Assembly (NCBI GenBank): GCA_041665785.1
Contig: JBAYIE010000021.1
Location: 3,727 to 67,726 of the forward strand
Direction of reading: 5' to 3'
DNA: 64,000 nt
DNA from: Bacteroidia bacterium
GTDB taxonomy: Bacteria > Bacteroidota > Bacteroidia > UKL13-3
In this document: positions 19,457 through 29,990 of the stretch, piece by piece
Layout of the letters: every line of letters begins with the position of its first letter
Numbering within the stretch: the first letter of the stretch is position 1
Program-made: the position numbers and the translations under genes
The notes under the pieces: model-generated
Database searches by the model: none
Seen by the model: the letters and a program-made list of their open reading frames with translations, nothing else
What the model was told of the DNA's origin: nothing

Positions 19457-21217
19457 ATGTTACGAACTCATACCTGTGGCGAATTAAATATTTCGGATGT
19501 TTCCAAAACCGTTGTTTTGTGCGGTTGGTTGCAACGTTCACGCGATCTGGGAGGGATGACCTTCATCGATTTGCGCGATCGTTATGGCATTACCCAATTG
19601 GTTTTCAATCTGGAAGATCAACCCGGTTTGTGTGCGCAAGCCCGGGGATGTGGAAGGGAGTATGTTTTGAAAGTTACAGGAACTGTAAAGGAGCGTGAAA
19701 ATAAAAACAAACAAATTCCAACCGGTGAAATTGAGATCGTAGTTTCTAACCTGGAGGTATTGAATGAAGCCATTACACCTCCGTTTACGATTGAAGAACA
19801 TACCGATGGTGGCGATGATTTGCGCATGAAATACCGGTATCTGGATTTACGACGTGCAAGTGTGCGGGCTAATCTGGAACTGCGCCATTCGCTTGCCCGT
19901 TATACCAGGGCATACCTCGATGCTAAAGATTTTATTGAAGTTGAAACACCGGTATTGATTAAATCTACACCGGAAGGGGCACGCGATTTTGTGGTACCAT
20001 CGCGTATGAACCCGGGCGAATTTTATGCATTGCCTCAATCGCCCCAAACCTTCAAGCAATTGCTGATGGTGAGTGGATTCGATCGCTATTATCAGTTGGT
20101 GAAATGTTTTCGCGATGAAGATTTACGTGCCGACCGTCAGCCGGAATTTACCCAGATTGATTGCGAGATGAGTTTTGTAGAACAGGAAGATGTACTGAAT
20201 ATGTTTGAAGGACTTGTGCAAAATTTGTTTCAGCAGGTGAAGGGGATTAACATCGGTGAAGTGCCCCGAATGACGTATGCCGATGCCATGCGCTTATACG
20301 GCAGCGACAAACCGGATACCCGATTTGGAATGCAGTTTGTTGAATTGAACAGTGTTGTGAAAGGGAAAAATTTTCAGGTATTCGAAAGTGCCGAACTCGT
20401 TGCCGGAATTTGTGCCAAAGGGTGTGCTGAATATACCCGCAAGCAACTCGACGAGTTGACTGATTTTGTGAAACGTCCGCAAATTGGAGCCAATGGAATG
20501 GTATATGTCCGTGTTAATTCCGATGGAACAATAAAGTCTTCGGTGGATAAATTTTACGATGAAACGGATCTGAAAAACTGGGCTGCCGCAATGGATGCAC
20601 AACCCGGTGATTTAATTTTGATACTGGCCGGTAATACCGATAAAACCCGCAAAGCATTGAGTGAATTACGCCTCGAAATGGGCAATCGTTTAGGTTTACG
20701 CGATAAGAATACCTTCAGTTGTTTATGGGTCCTGGATTTTCCATTACTTGAATTCAACGCAGAAGAAAACCGGTATTTTGCCATGCATCATCCGTTTACT
20801 TCACCAAAGCCCGAGGATATGCATTTGTTGAACGACTTTGCGTCACTAGGGCAAGTGAGGGCTAATGCCTACGATCTCGTAATCAATGGAGTTGAAATAG
20901 GTGGTGGCAGCGTCCGGATTTTTAATAAAAAACTGCAATCGCGCATGTTTGAAATTCTAGGTTTTACGCCGGAAGAAGCGCAACATCAATTCGGATTTCT
21001 GATGAACGCGTTTGAATTTGGTGCTCCTCCGCATGCCGGGATTGCGTTTGGATTTGACCGCTTGTGTTCAATTTTTGGTGGGGTTGATTCTATCCGTGAT
21101 TTTATTGCTTTCCCGAAAAACAATTCCGGCCGCGATACCATGATTGACGCGCCTTCAACCATCGATGCCAAACAATTGAATGAACTCAGCATTGAATTGA
21201 AAAAAAGCGTATCTTAG
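19457..21217 (+). CDS. aspS: aspartate--tRNA ligase (ORF begins 19418, likely start [10 protein letters not shown] at 19457)
   Basis: N-terminal anticodon-binding OB fold, class II motifs ([26 protein letters not shown]...GIAFGFDR). The length matches bacterial AspRS. Confidence 0.9.
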   Translation: MLRTHTCGELNISDVSKTVVLCGWLQRSRDLGGMTFIDLRDRYGITQLVFNLEDQPGLCAQARGCGREYVLKVTGTVKERENKNKQIPTGEIEIVVSNLEVLNEAITPPFTIEEHTDGGDDLRMKYRYLDLRRASVRANLELRHSLARYTRAYLDAKDFIEVETPVLIKSTPEGARDFVVPSRMNPGEFYALPQSPQTFKQLLMVSGFDRYYQLVKCFRDEDLRADRQPEFTQIDCEMSFVEQEDVLNMFEGLVQNLFQQVKGINIGEVPRMTYADAMRLYGSDKPDTRFGMQFVELNSVVKGKNFQVFESAELVAGICAKGCAEYTRKQLDELTDFVKRPQIGANGMVYVRVNSDGTIKSSVDKFYDETDLKNWAAAMDAQPGDLILILAGNTDKTRKALSELRLEMGNRLGLRDKNTFSCLWVLDFPLLEFNAEENRYFAMHHPFTSPKPEDMHLLNDFASLGQVRANAYDLVINGVEIGGGSVRIFNKKLQSRMFEILGFTPEEAQHQFGFLMNAFEFGAPPHAGIAFGFDRLCSIFGGVDSIRDFIAFPKNNSGRDTMIDAPSTIDAKQLNELSIELKKSVS

Positions 21218-21224
21218 CGCTGCA

Positions 21225-21380
21225 ATGTCAGATAAAAAATACACCGGTACCCTTGTAAACGAACAGGAACGTATTTACCTGCGAAAGTCATCAACCTATA
21301 CTGAGCGTTTTGATTTGCTCATGAAGCTAATTCGTCTGCAACGGATGATGAAAACTGCCATTCCTCTTAAAAAGCCATAG
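21225..21380 (+). CDS. small ORF (51 aa) between aspS and an AbiEii-like nucleotidyltransferase; possible antitoxin-like partner or frameshifted N-terminus of the downstream gene
   Basis: ATG 8 nt after the aspS stop, and it ends 4 nt before the next ATG. The translation is protein-like (MSDKKYTGTLVNEQERIYLRKSSTYTERFDLLMKLIRLQRMM). Confidence 0.35.
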   Translation: MSDKKYTGTLVNEQERIYLRKSSTYTERFDLLMKLIRLQRMMKTAIPLKKP

Positions 21381-21384
21381 TCTT

Positions 21385-21846
21385 ATGGATGTGCTGGATG
21401 AAGAAGTACTCAGATTATGGAAAATTCTCTATAAGTACGAGGTACGATATATTCTGGTAGGAGGATTTGCTACAAATTTGAATGGCTTTTCAAGATTCAC
21501 AGCTGATCTGGATTTGTGGCTGGATGATACCGCAGCTAACAGAAAACTATTCAGAAAGGCGTTAGCTGAAGCTGAAATTGGAGATTTTGAGAGCCTGGAA
21601 ACTATTGAAATGATTCCCGGATGGAGTTCCATTTATCTGAATTCTGGAATCGAGCTGGATATTATGACATCGTTAAAAGGATTTCCCAAAGAGCGATTTG
21701 AAGATTGTTATAATTTAGCCCCAACAATTTTAATACATGATGTACCTGTTCGTTTTTTACATAAAAATCATTTGATAGAAGCAAAGTTGGCTCTTGGCAG
21801 ACCAAAGGATTTGAACGATATTGAAGAGCTCCGTAAATTGGATTAA
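21385..21846 (+). CDS. minimal pol-beta-type nucleotidyltransferase with AbiEii/DUF1814-like motifs (GG-x13-DLDL; K-x-x-A-x-x-R-x-K-D-x-x-D-x-x-x-L)
   Basis: LVGGFATNLNGFSRFTADLDLWLD matches the hG[GS]-x(9-13)-Dh[DE]h NTase signature and the AbiEii GGTA...RFS.DID pattern. C-terminal KLALGRPKDLNDIEEL resembles the AbiEii C-terminal motif. Confidence 0.55.
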   Translation: MDVLDEEVLRLWKILYKYEVRYILVGGFATNLNGFSRFTADLDLWLDDTAANRKLFRKALAEAEIGDFESLETIEMIPGWSSIYLNSGIELDIMTSLKGFPKERFEDCYNLAPTILIHDVPVRFLHKNHLIEAKLALGRPKDLNDIEELRKLD

Positions 21847-21974
21847 ATTCAAATCTTGATTTAAAGACCTTTGAGTCACTGTAAAAATTACAGATAAAGT
21901 TCCTGCATGGGTTTTCAGGAGTCATACTCGTAGGCTTGTTATTGCATTTTTTCTATATTTGAACATACCACCCC

Positions 21975-22418
21975 ATGAATATGAAAAAACTCGCTATGCT
22001 AACCCTGCTGTGTTGTTTGATGCAGACACTGTTGGCTCAGGTAAATGAAGATGCCATTCTGGGCCGATGGCTCAGTGAATCGGGAAAAGCTAAAATTGAA
22101 ATATTTAAATCGAACGGAAAATTTTACGGAAAAATTGTGTGGTTGAAAAATCCTAACAACGAAAACGGACAACCCAAAATAGATAAGAATAATCCGGACC
22201 CCAAAGAACGGAATCACCGTATTTTGGGTTTGTTGCTGGTAAGAAGTCTGGAGTATGACGGATCGGGGGAATGGCATAACGGCACCATATACGATCCCGA
22301 AAACGGTAAATCGTATAAATGCAAAATCACTAAAACGGAAAGTGGAGATTTAAGTATTCGCGGATATATCGGAGTCTCTATGATCGGACGTTCGACCGTG
22401 TGGACTCATTCAGAGTAG
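21975..22418 (+). CDS. secreted DUF2147 family protein
   Basis: 147 aa with signal peptide. GRWLSESGKAKIEIFKSNGKFYGKIVWLKNP matches the DUF2147 signature (G-x-W...YG.I.W). Confidence 0.65.
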   Translation: MNMKKLAMLTLLCCLMQTLLAQVNEDAILGRWLSESGKAKIEIFKSNGKFYGKIVWLKNPNNENGQPKIDKNNPDPKERNHRILGLLLVRSLEYDGSGEWHNGTIYDPENGKSYKCKITKTESGDLSIRGYIGVSMIGRSTVWTHSE

Positions 22419-22535
22419 AACGGTATGCGGGTGTACGAAATGGCTGAATGAAGGATGAGCTTATTCACATTCCCGAACAACTTATTTTTTCTTCTTCTGC
22501 CTAATTCCTTAGCATTGATGTTGTAAACCGATAAT

Positions 22536-23969
22536 ATGGCACTCAGCAGATTCTGGTCGTGGCTTGTAGCCGGCAGCATTCTTTATATTTTATACCTCCT
22601 GGCAACCGGAGGAATGTACACCCTTGGACAAGTGGTGAACGGAAAGCAACAGGAGCCGCTTATTGTTGCCGAATTTCCTTTAATACAATTGTTGCAAACT
22701 GACTCCAACTTAGCCCGAAATATTGCTGTGGCAGGGACAACTGGTTACCGAAGCAATGATACCTTATACCGGGCAAACGAAACCGGAACGGTTCAGGTAT
22801 GTGTTGGAACTTTGCCAGCCGATGGTATTTTTCCTACATGCAAAAATACCATGATGGATCTGTGGTTGCCACTAATCGGTTACCTGACTTTTTTCTGTGG
22901 TTTATTGAATTTGTTGAACGACAGCAAGGCCATTCATGGAATGTCGAGGGTATTGACTCCCTTTTTTGTGCGCATCTTTCCGGAGTTACCCAAAGGCCAT
23001 CCTGCTTATGGTTTTATGACCATGAATTTCGCGGCAAATTTTCTGGGACTGGATAATGCGGCAACTCCGTTCGGATTAAAAGCCATGGACAGCATGCAGG
23101 AAGTAAATCCGGAAAAGGAAAAAGCCAGCAACAGTCAGATCATGTTTTTGTGCTTGCATGCCGCCGGATTAACCCTGATTCCCACGTCTATTATCGGTTA
23201 CCGTGCAGCGCAGAATGCAGCCAATCCGGCCGATGTGATGATTCCCTGTATTATCACCTCTTTTGTTGGAACTCTGGCGGCAATGTTTTTTGTAAGCATC
23301 CGGCAGCGTATCAATTTATTCAATGGAGTTATACTCGGATTAGTCGCCGCAGTTAGTGCAGTTGTGGGGTTGATGATGTTTTACATTATGCGTCTCGAAG
23401 GATTAGAGAAAATACATTTTACGGGCAACCTCAGCAATGCGGTTTTATTGGTTATCATTCTGATGATCGTAATGTATTCTATCTACCGCGAGAAGGTGTT
23501 TCAGGTAAACAATACCAATATATTCGACTCTTTTGTACATGGCGCCAAAGATGGATTTACCACCGGCGTTCGTGTATTGCCATATATGATAGCCATGTTG
23601 GTTGCCCTGAGCATTTTCCGCAATGCCGGTTTGATGCAGATTGTGATGGGAGGTGTAGGAAATGTTATGTCGTGGTTCGGGGTTGATCAGCAAATCATCA
23701 ATGCCATTCCTGTTGCGCTGATGCGACCCTTCAGTGCAGGTGGTTCACGCGGATTTATGCTCGACGCTATGAAATCGCTGGGTCCGGATAGTTTGGCCGG
23801 TCGCCTGTCTTGCCTGTTTCAGGGTGCAGCAGAAACAACCTTTTATGTAGTTGCGCTGTATTTCGGATCTGTAAACGTAAAAAACACGCGGTATACGCTG
23901 GGAATCATGTTGCTGGTGGATCTGGTATGCGTGCTGACTGCCATTGTGGTGTGCAAGTTGTACTTTTAG
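22536..23969 (+). CDS. nucleoside-recognition (Gate) domain membrane protein, fused SpmA/SpmB-like
   Basis: 477 aa polytopic membrane protein with two Gate-like halves. Confidence 0.6.
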   Translation: MALSRFWSWLVAGSILYILYLLATGGMYTLGQVVNGKQQEPLIVAEFPLIQLLQTDSNLARNIAVAGTTGYRSNDTLYRANETGTVQVCVGTLPADGIFPTCKNTMMDLWLPLIGYLTFFCGLLNLLNDSKAIHGMSRVLTPFFVRIFPELPKGHPAYGFMTMNFAANFLGLDNAATPFGLKAMDSMQEVNPEKEKASNSQIMFLCLHAAGLTLIPTSIIGYRAAQNAANPADVMIPCIITSFVGTLAAMFFVSIRQRINLFNGVILGLVAAVSAVVGLMMFYIMRLEGLEKIHFTGNLSNAVLLVIILMIVMYSIYREKVFQVNNTNIFDSFVHGAKDGFTTGVRVLPYMIAMLVALSIFRNAGLMQIVMGGVGNVMSWFGVDQQIINAIPVALMRPFSAGGSRGFMLDAMKSLGPDSLAGRLSCLFQGAAETTFYVVALYFGSVNVKNTRYTLGIMLLVDLVCVLTAIVVCKLYF

Positions 23970-24096
23970 TATCCGATTATAACCGTTTCCTGATGCCGCA
24001 ACCCCGTTGGGAGATCGTCAAATCTTTTCAACACCATTTCCCTTCACCGTTTATTTCAATATTTTCGTGGATTAAAGATTTAAAACCACATTTTTT

Positions 24097-24465
24097 ATGG
24101 CATTAGATATAACAGGCAAGATTCTTCAGATTATGAATGAAACCAGCGGACAGTCGAAAACCGGCAATACCTGGACCAAACAAGAATTCGTTATTGAAAC
24201 ATACGACAAGTTCCCCAAAAAAATCATGATCAGCGTAATGGGAGATAAGGTACAGGAACTCAAACGTTTTAAAACCGGTGACGAAATTAAAGCGTCATTG
24301 AATATTGAATCGCGTGAATACAACGGGCGCTGGTATACCGATGTTCGCGCATGGAAACTGGAAACTGGAGGAAATGGTGCTGCCGCTCCGGCATCTGAAA
24401 ATTTCTATCCGGATTCAGAACCAAGCTTTACAGCCGATACCGCTACCGACGATTTGCCTTTTTGA
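24097..24465 (+). CDS. DUF3127 family protein
   Basis: 122 aa. KQEFVIETYDKFPKKIMISVMGDK...SREYNGRWYTDVRAWKLE is the characteristic DUF3127 pattern. It ends 7 nt before cysS. Confidence 0.6.
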   Translation: MALDITGKILQIMNETSGQSKTGNTWTKQEFVIETYDKFPKKIMISVMGDKVQELKRFKTGDEIKASLNIESREYNGRWYTDVRAWKLETGGNGAAAPASENFYPDSEPSFTADTATDDLPF

Positions 24466-24471
24466 GCGGTT

Positions 24472-25944
24472 ATGCTGGAGCAACGGTTAAAATTATACAA
24501 TACCTTAACCCGTCAGGACGAGGAGTTCAAACCCATACTCAAAGGCCATGTCGGCATGTATGTATGCGGCCCGACTGTATACAGCAATGCGCATTTAGGC
24601 AATGCACGCACCTTTATTTCTTTTGATCTGATCTATCGATACCTCTTGCATCTGGGTTATAAAGTTCGATACGTAAGAAATATTACCGATGCTGGTCATC
24701 TGGAAAGCGATGCCGATGAAGGGGAGGACAAAGTTAGTCGCAAAGCCCGCCTCGAGCAACTTGAACCGATGGAAATTGTGCAGCGGTATACCTACGATTT
24801 TCATCAGGTGATGGATGCTTTCAATGCATTGCCACCCAGTATTGAGCCTACAGCTACCGGTCATATCGTTGAACAAATCGAGTTGGTTAAAAAAATACTG
24901 GAATCGGGGTATGCCTATGAGAAAGAGGGTTCGGTGTATTTTGATGTAGAAAAGTTTGCAGCGAAATATTCTTATACCCAGCTTTCCGGCAGAAATCTTG
25001 AAGAACTCCTGAATAATACACGAGAGCTGGAAGGTCAGACGGAGAAGAGAGGCCGTCTAGATTTTGCCCTTTGGATCAAAGCAAAGCCCGAGCACCTCAT
25101 GCGGTGGCCGAGTCCATGGGGAGAAGGGTTTCCGGGCTGGCATTTAGAATGTTCGGCCATGAGTGCAAAATACCTCGGCGATCATTTTGATATCCATGGA
25201 GGCGGAATGGATTTAATTCCAACACATCACACCAACGAAATTGCACAGAACATTGCTTGCTCGGGTCACCCGCGATCGGTGAATTACTGGATGCATACCA
25301 ATATGCTTACAGTAAACGGTCAGAAGATGAGTAAAAGTTTGGGCAATTCTTTTTTGCCCAATGAATTATTTGCAGGCACACATAAGTTATTGGATAAAGG
25401 ATACAGTCCGATGGCGGTTCGTTTTTTTATGTTGCAGGCACATTATCGCAGTACTTTGGATTTCAGTAACGAAGCGTTGCAAGCTGCCGAGAAAGGGTTT
25501 GCCCGTTTGATGGCTGCCGTAAAATTGTTGGATGCATTGCCTGTTGGTAATGTTTCAACTGTGAATATTTCCGCATTGGAAAGCCGGGTATATGCAGCGA
25601 TGAATGAGGACATCAATACTCCTGTTGTACTATCGCATTTGTTTGATGCCGTACGCATGATTAATTCCATCAACGATGCAAAAGAAAAAATTACGGAAGA
25701 AGATAAAACCATGTTGCATAAACTCATGCATAATTTTGTCTTTGAAATTTTGGGATTGAAAGCCGAAGGCACGGATAATTCAGATAAAGTGGATGGGCTC
25801 ATGCAAATGATTATGCAGATACGCAATGAGTCAAAAGCAAAACGCGATTTTGCAACTTCTGACCTCATTCGCGATCGCCTGAAAGAGCTTGGATTCGAAA
25901 TAAAAGATGGTAAAGAAGGAACTACTTTTACTCTCAACGCATAA
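24472..25944 (+). CDS. cysS: cysteine--tRNA ligase
   Basis: HIGH-type motif (NAHLGNA), KMSKS motif (KMSKSLGN), and zinc-binding Cys/His positions of class I CysRS. Confidence 0.9.
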   Translation: MLEQRLKLYNTLTRQDEEFKPILKGHVGMYVCGPTVYSNAHLGNARTFISFDLIYRYLLHLGYKVRYVRNITDAGHLESDADEGEDKVSRKARLEQLEPMEIVQRYTYDFHQVMDAFNALPPSIEPTATGHIVEQIELVKKILESGYAYEKEGSVYFDVEKFAAKYSYTQLSGRNLEELLNNTRELEGQTEKRGRLDFALWIKAKPEHLMRWPSPWGEGFPGWHLECSAMSAKYLGDHFDIHGGGMDLIPTHHTNEIAQNIACSGHPRSVNYWMHTNMLTVNGQKMSKSLGNSFLPNELFAGTHKLLDKGYSPMAVRFFMLQAHYRSTLDFSNEALQAAEKGFARLMAAVKLLDALPVGNVSTVNISALESRVYAAMNEDINTPVVLSHLFDAVRMINSINDAKEKITEEDKTMLHKLMHNFVFEILGLKAEGTDNSDKVDGLMQMIMQIRNESKAKRDFATSDLIRDRLKELGFEIKDGKEGTTFTLNA

Positions 25945-25947
25945 AGC

Positions 25948-26955
25948 ATGCTGTCGTCAAAAAGAATTTATTTTTCAAAGCTACTTTGTTTCTACACAGG
26001 ACTGTTGTTTTTCAGCCTGTTGACAGGTTGTACACAAGAACCTGAAAAGAAAAAGACGGTGAAAACCCAAAGTAAAGAGACGTCTGTTTATGTCAAGGCA
26101 TCTCCCGAATTCAATGCTGATACGGCGTATTCTTTTGTACAAAAGCAGGTTGATTTTGGACCCCGGGTTGTTTCTTCAGCGGCACATATTGCATGCGGCG
26201 ACTGGATCGTTAAATCGTTTAAGAAATATGCCCATACGGTAATAGAACAGAAAGGTAGCATGATGAATTGGGACAAACGACAAATCCCCATTCGAAATAT
26301 AATCGCATCTTTCAATCCAAAACATACGAAACGTATATTAATTACAGCTCATTGGGACAGCAGGCCGTATGCCGACAATGATCCGGTAGTAGCCAATCAC
26401 CGGCAAGCGGTTACAGCTGCCGACGATGGTGCGAGTGGTGTAGCTGTAATGCTGGAAATGGCCAGAGTTTTGGCTCAGAAAATGCCCGATGTGGGTGTGG
26501 ATTTTATTTGTTTTGATGCGGAAGATTTAGGCAAAACCGCATACGATGATAGCTATTGCCTGGGCTCGCAATATTGGGGTAGAAATTTGCATCAGGCCGG
26601 TTATAAAGCAGATTTTGCTATTAACCTGGATATGGTTGGCGGCAGGGGAGCGAAGTTTGTTTGGGAAGGATACAGCATCCAACAAGCGGAACCGGTCTTA
26701 CGTCGCGTTTGGGATCACGCAATTCAATTGGGCTATTCCGGTTATTTCTTTTATTTCCGAAGCGGTGCCATAACTGATGATCATAAATACATTTTTGATT
26801 ATACCTCCATTCCGGCTATCGACATCATATGTTTCAATCAGGAAACCGGATTTCCTTCGTGGTGGCATACCATCCACGATACAATGGAAAACATTGACCG
26901 GAATACACTCAAGGCCGTTGGTCAAACAGTTTTAGAAACAATTTTCAAGTATTAA
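25948..26955 (+). CDS. M28 family zinc peptidase (glutaminyl-cyclase/aminopeptidase-like), secreted lipoprotein
   Basis: ITAHWDSRPYADND, DDGASGVAVMLEMARVL, DAEDLG metal-ligand motifs of M28. Signal plus Cys (LLTGC). Confidence 0.75.
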   Translation: MLSSKRIYFSKLLCFYTGLLFFSLLTGCTQEPEKKKTVKTQSKETSVYVKASPEFNADTAYSFVQKQVDFGPRVVSSAAHIACGDWIVKSFKKYAHTVIEQKGSMMNWDKRQIPIRNIIASFNPKHTKRILITAHWDSRPYADNDPVVANHRQAVTAADDGASGVAVMLEMARVLAQKMPDVGVDFICFDAEDLGKTAYDDSYCLGSQYWGRNLHQAGYKADFAINLDMVGGRGAKFVWEGYSIQQAEPVLRRVWDHAIQLGYSGYFFYFRSGAITDDHKYIFDYTSIPAIDIICFNQETGFPSWWHTIHDTMENIDRNTLKAVGQTVLETIFKY

Positions 26956-27141
26956 GTACATTTTAGGAACTTATACACAGTGACTAAAATTTAGTCTTGA
27001 AAATCAACGTATTGTATAATTTGGATTATATGAGTAGCTGTTTTTAATATATAAACATCATAATTTAGCATCGTGTAATAATTAAGTCGGTTATTGCATA
27101 AAACAGCAGTTTATATTATAAAACATAATACTTATATAACT

Positions 27142-27762
27142 ATGAAAACAATTAATCTCTACTTAACCCTTATTTTTCTCATGATTGGTTCTGTTGCCAT
27201 AGCTCAAAGTTCCACTAGCCCGGATTCTGTTTGTGCGGGAGCAACAGGTAAAAGTTACAAGGTAAACGGAACCGCAGGAAGTACATACACCTGGGTTATT
27301 AACGGTGGAACGCAGGCAAGCGGAGGAAGTACAGATTCCATTACAGTGGATTGGTCGGCAACACCTGGAACAGACACCCTGAAAGTAGTTGAGTTTAATG
27401 TGATCGGTTGTCCGGGCGATACCATCAGCTTAGCTGTAGTTCGCTTACCTGCACCCACTGCAACCATTTCCGGAACAGATTCAATTTGTATCAACTCTTC
27501 AACTGGAGGGGCTCCTTTACAATTAAGCTTTACAGGAGTAGGGCCATGGACAGTGGATTATCTTGAGGATGGGGTCACAAGGAATATTTCCACAAGCAAT
27601 AATCCGTACACCTTCGATTCGCAGGTATTTGCTTCAGCCGGTGTAAAGAATTACAGTGTCAGTACTGTGAGTGGCCGTTTGGGTTGTTCAGGCTCAGGTT
27701 CCGGATCGGGTAGTGTAACTGTTTTTTCAAAACCAGCTACGTCGGCAATCTTTCATTATTAG
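27142..27762 (+). CDS. secreted protein with Cys-bracketed about 70 aa N-terminal domain (paralogue of the next gene), Gly/Ser-rich tail; ORF begins 27094
   Basis: Signal peptide MKTINLYLTLIFLMIGSVAIAQ. Domain C-AG...Y-V...AGS-Y-W...GG...SG-GT-S-TV-WS...PG...L-VVE-N..GC-GD shared with 27775-28821. Confidence 0.6.
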   Translation: MKTINLYLTLIFLMIGSVAIAQSSTSPDSVCAGATGKSYKVNGTAGSTYTWVINGGTQASGGSTDSITVDWSATPGTDTLKVVEFNVIGCPGDTISLAVVRLPAPTATISGTDSICINSSTGGAPLQLSFTGVGPWTVDYLEDGVTRNISTSNNPYTFDSQVFASAGVKNYSVSTVSGRLGCSGSGSGSGSVTVFSKPATSAIFHY

Positions 27763-27774
27763 GAATTGAATGGT

Positions 27775-28821
27775 ATGAGGGTAAAACACAACACGTGTTT
27801 AATCATACTGTATGTACTCGGCTTTACTTTTTCAGGATTTTGTCAACCCGGGCAGGTTGACACCCTTTGCGCAGGAACTGCACAAGTCCGGTATGGCGTG
27901 CAGGAAAATGCGGGATCAAGATACAGTTGGAGTGCAGGCGGTGGAGTGGTTGCATCCGGTAACGGTACCGCTTCGGTAACTGTAAACTGGAGCAACATTC
28001 CCGGCCATTACGAGCTAAATGTAGTAGAACAAAATGCATCAGGGTGTATTGGCGATTTGGTAAAACGTATGATTTACCTGAAAGGCGACTCCTTTCAAAC
28101 ATCCTATCCGAAAGAAGCATGTGTCAACGATTCCGTAACATTCAAAGTCAATGGGGCAGACTGGTATACCTGGAGTAATGGTCAAACAGATAGTTTTATT
28201 CGCATCCGCCTTTTACACGATACCACCATTTCCGTGATCGTGCGCGATACCTCATGTGGCAATCGGGTAGATACTTTGAATATGTGGGTGAAAGCCCGGG
28301 AAAGACCACAATCAGGATTCAATACCAGTACCGAAGAAATATTTCTGAATCAAAAAGTTGAATTGCGTTACTCGGGAAATGAGAAGGACAATGTATTTTG
28401 GGAAATCCAGAAGGCTGATGTCAGAGCCCGAAATGCCCATTTGATAAACACCATATTTATGGATACCGGATTAGCAGTCATACGAATTGTATCTATTAAT
28501 TCTTTTGGTTGTCTGGATACGTTTTACCGGGAACTGGAAATCCGGGATGAAAACCTGTTCATTCCAAATGCATTTACTCCGAATGGTGACGGATTAAACG
28601 ATGTGTTTAAAGTATCCAGTCATAACATGAAGAACTTCCGGATGGTTATTGTAAATCGATGGGGTGAAATCGTATTTTCGAACAACGAACCGGAACAGGG
28701 ATGGGATGGAACCTGGAAAGGTGCACAAGCTCCGGAAGGGGCATACACCTTTCAATGTGAAGCCACCGGGCGATCTGGAAAGTATCACGCTGAAGCAGGA
28801 AGTATAACTTTGTTGCGTTAA
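27775..28821 (+). CDS. secreted protein with the same N-terminal domain and a T9SS type-B (gliding-motility-associated) C-terminal sorting domain; ORF begins 27766
   Basis: The C-terminus LFIPNAFTPNGDGLNDVFKV...VIVNRWGEIVFSN...GWDGTWKG...GAYTF matches the TIGR04131-type CTD. N-terminal signal peptide present. Confidence 0.7.
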   Translation: MRVKHNTCLIILYVLGFTFSGFCQPGQVDTLCAGTAQVRYGVQENAGSRYSWSAGGGVVASGNGTASVTVNWSNIPGHYELNVVEQNASGCIGDLVKRMIYLKGDSFQTSYPKEACVNDSVTFKVNGADWYTWSNGQTDSFIRIRLLHDTTISVIVRDTSCGNRVDTLNMWVKARERPQSGFNTSTEEIFLNQKVELRYSGNEKDNVFWEIQKADVRARNAHLINTIFMDTGLAVIRIVSINSFGCLDTFYRELEIRDENLFIPNAFTPNGDGLNDVFKVSSHNMKNFRMVIVNRWGEIVFSNNEPEQGWDGTWKGAQAPEGAYTFQCEATGRSGKYHAEAGSITLLR

Positions 28822-28834
28822 AGATGATTGAAGA

Positions 28835-29917
28835 ATGAAACGGTATATTAAAGTATTCTTTTTAATGGCATTCTTTCTGATGCTATGGTCAGTGAAGGGA
28901 TGGAGTCAGAGTACAATTTCATCCTGGCGTTGTGATAGTGCAGTAGGTATGTGTGCCGTTCAGTCGTATTCATTCTCCGCAGCTGTAAACGGCGGATCCG
29001 CTCCATCAGGGCCCGATTACGGTTGCCTTACTTCTCAACCGAATGCTACCTGGTTTTTTATGCAGGTTCAGGACACCGGAGCGATGACCATACAAATTAA
29101 AACAGCACCGCAGCGGGATGTGGATTATGTGTTATGGGGGCCCTTCACCACTCCATTGTATCAATGCGATACAGGTCTTACCGCGTCAAAAATTCTTTCG
29201 TGCAGTGTAGTACGCAATAGCGCGCACAACAATTTTACCTTAAACAATACATCGACCGGTTTGTATTATATTTTATTGATTTCCAATTTTTCCAATAATA
29301 ATACGACCCTTTCATTTGACGTTACAGCCGGAAGTGGAACCGCTAATTGCGATGTGCAGTGTAACCTGTATGGAATCAATGCAACTGCAAGTGCGTGCGG
29401 ATCAGGAGCACAAACCGGGGGGTATACGGTTAGCGGAACCATTTCAACCTATTTATTTCCTACATCAGGAACGCTTACAGTAAGTTCAAGTTGTGGAGGG
29501 AGTGTTTCATATAATGCCCCATTCAGCACAACAATGAATTATGCTTTGCCTCTGGTTGGCGGTAAAGGCCAGTCATGCACTATTACTGCAGTATTCTCGG
29601 CTATTCCTTCCTGTTCGCGCAGTTTGCAGTTAACAGCACCAACGTGTTGTGATGTTACGCCGGTATCAACGCAAACTGTTTGTGAAGGACAAACGCTCCA
29701 ATTGACCAGCTCCAGTACCAATGGAGGAACATATTATTGGTCTGGTCCATCATCATTTTCTTCGTCTTTAGCTTCACCCATTATTTCAGATATTGCTCTA
29801 ACGCAGGCAGGAACTTATCAGGTTTATGTGGTAAATGGAATCTGTACCACGGATTCAAAAAATGTTTCTGTGACCGTAAATGCAAAACCACCGGTAAAGA
29901 CAATCATCCATGAGTAA
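28835..29917 (+). CDS. secreted Cys-rich Ig-like repeat protein (adhesin-like), no recognisable CTD
   Basis: 360 aa with signal peptide. Multiple Cys pairs. C-terminal Ig-like module TQTVCEGQTLQLT...GTYYW...AGTYQVYVVNGICTT. Confidence 0.55.
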   Translation: MKRYIKVFFLMAFFLMLWSVKGWSQSTISSWRCDSAVGMCAVQSYSFSAAVNGGSAPSGPDYGCLTSQPNATWFFMQVQDTGAMTIQIKTAPQRDVDYVLWGPFTTPLYQCDTGLTASKILSCSVVRNSAHNNFTLNNTSTGLYYILLISNFSNNNTTLSFDVTAGSGTANCDVQCNLYGINATASACGSGAQTGGYTVSGTISTYLFPTSGTLTVSSSCGGSVSYNAPFSTTMNYALPLVGGKGQSCTITAVFSAIPSCSRSLQLTAPTCCDVTPVSTQTVCEGQTLQLTSSSTNGGTYYWSGPSSFSSSLASPIISDIALTQAGTYQVYVVNGICTTDSKNVSVTVNAKPPVKTIIHE

Positions 29918-29990
29918 AACAAAGCAGGGATAACACGGATTTGAATTCTCCTTTTTTGTTAGTAGGTTTGATTAACCTATACCCCACATT

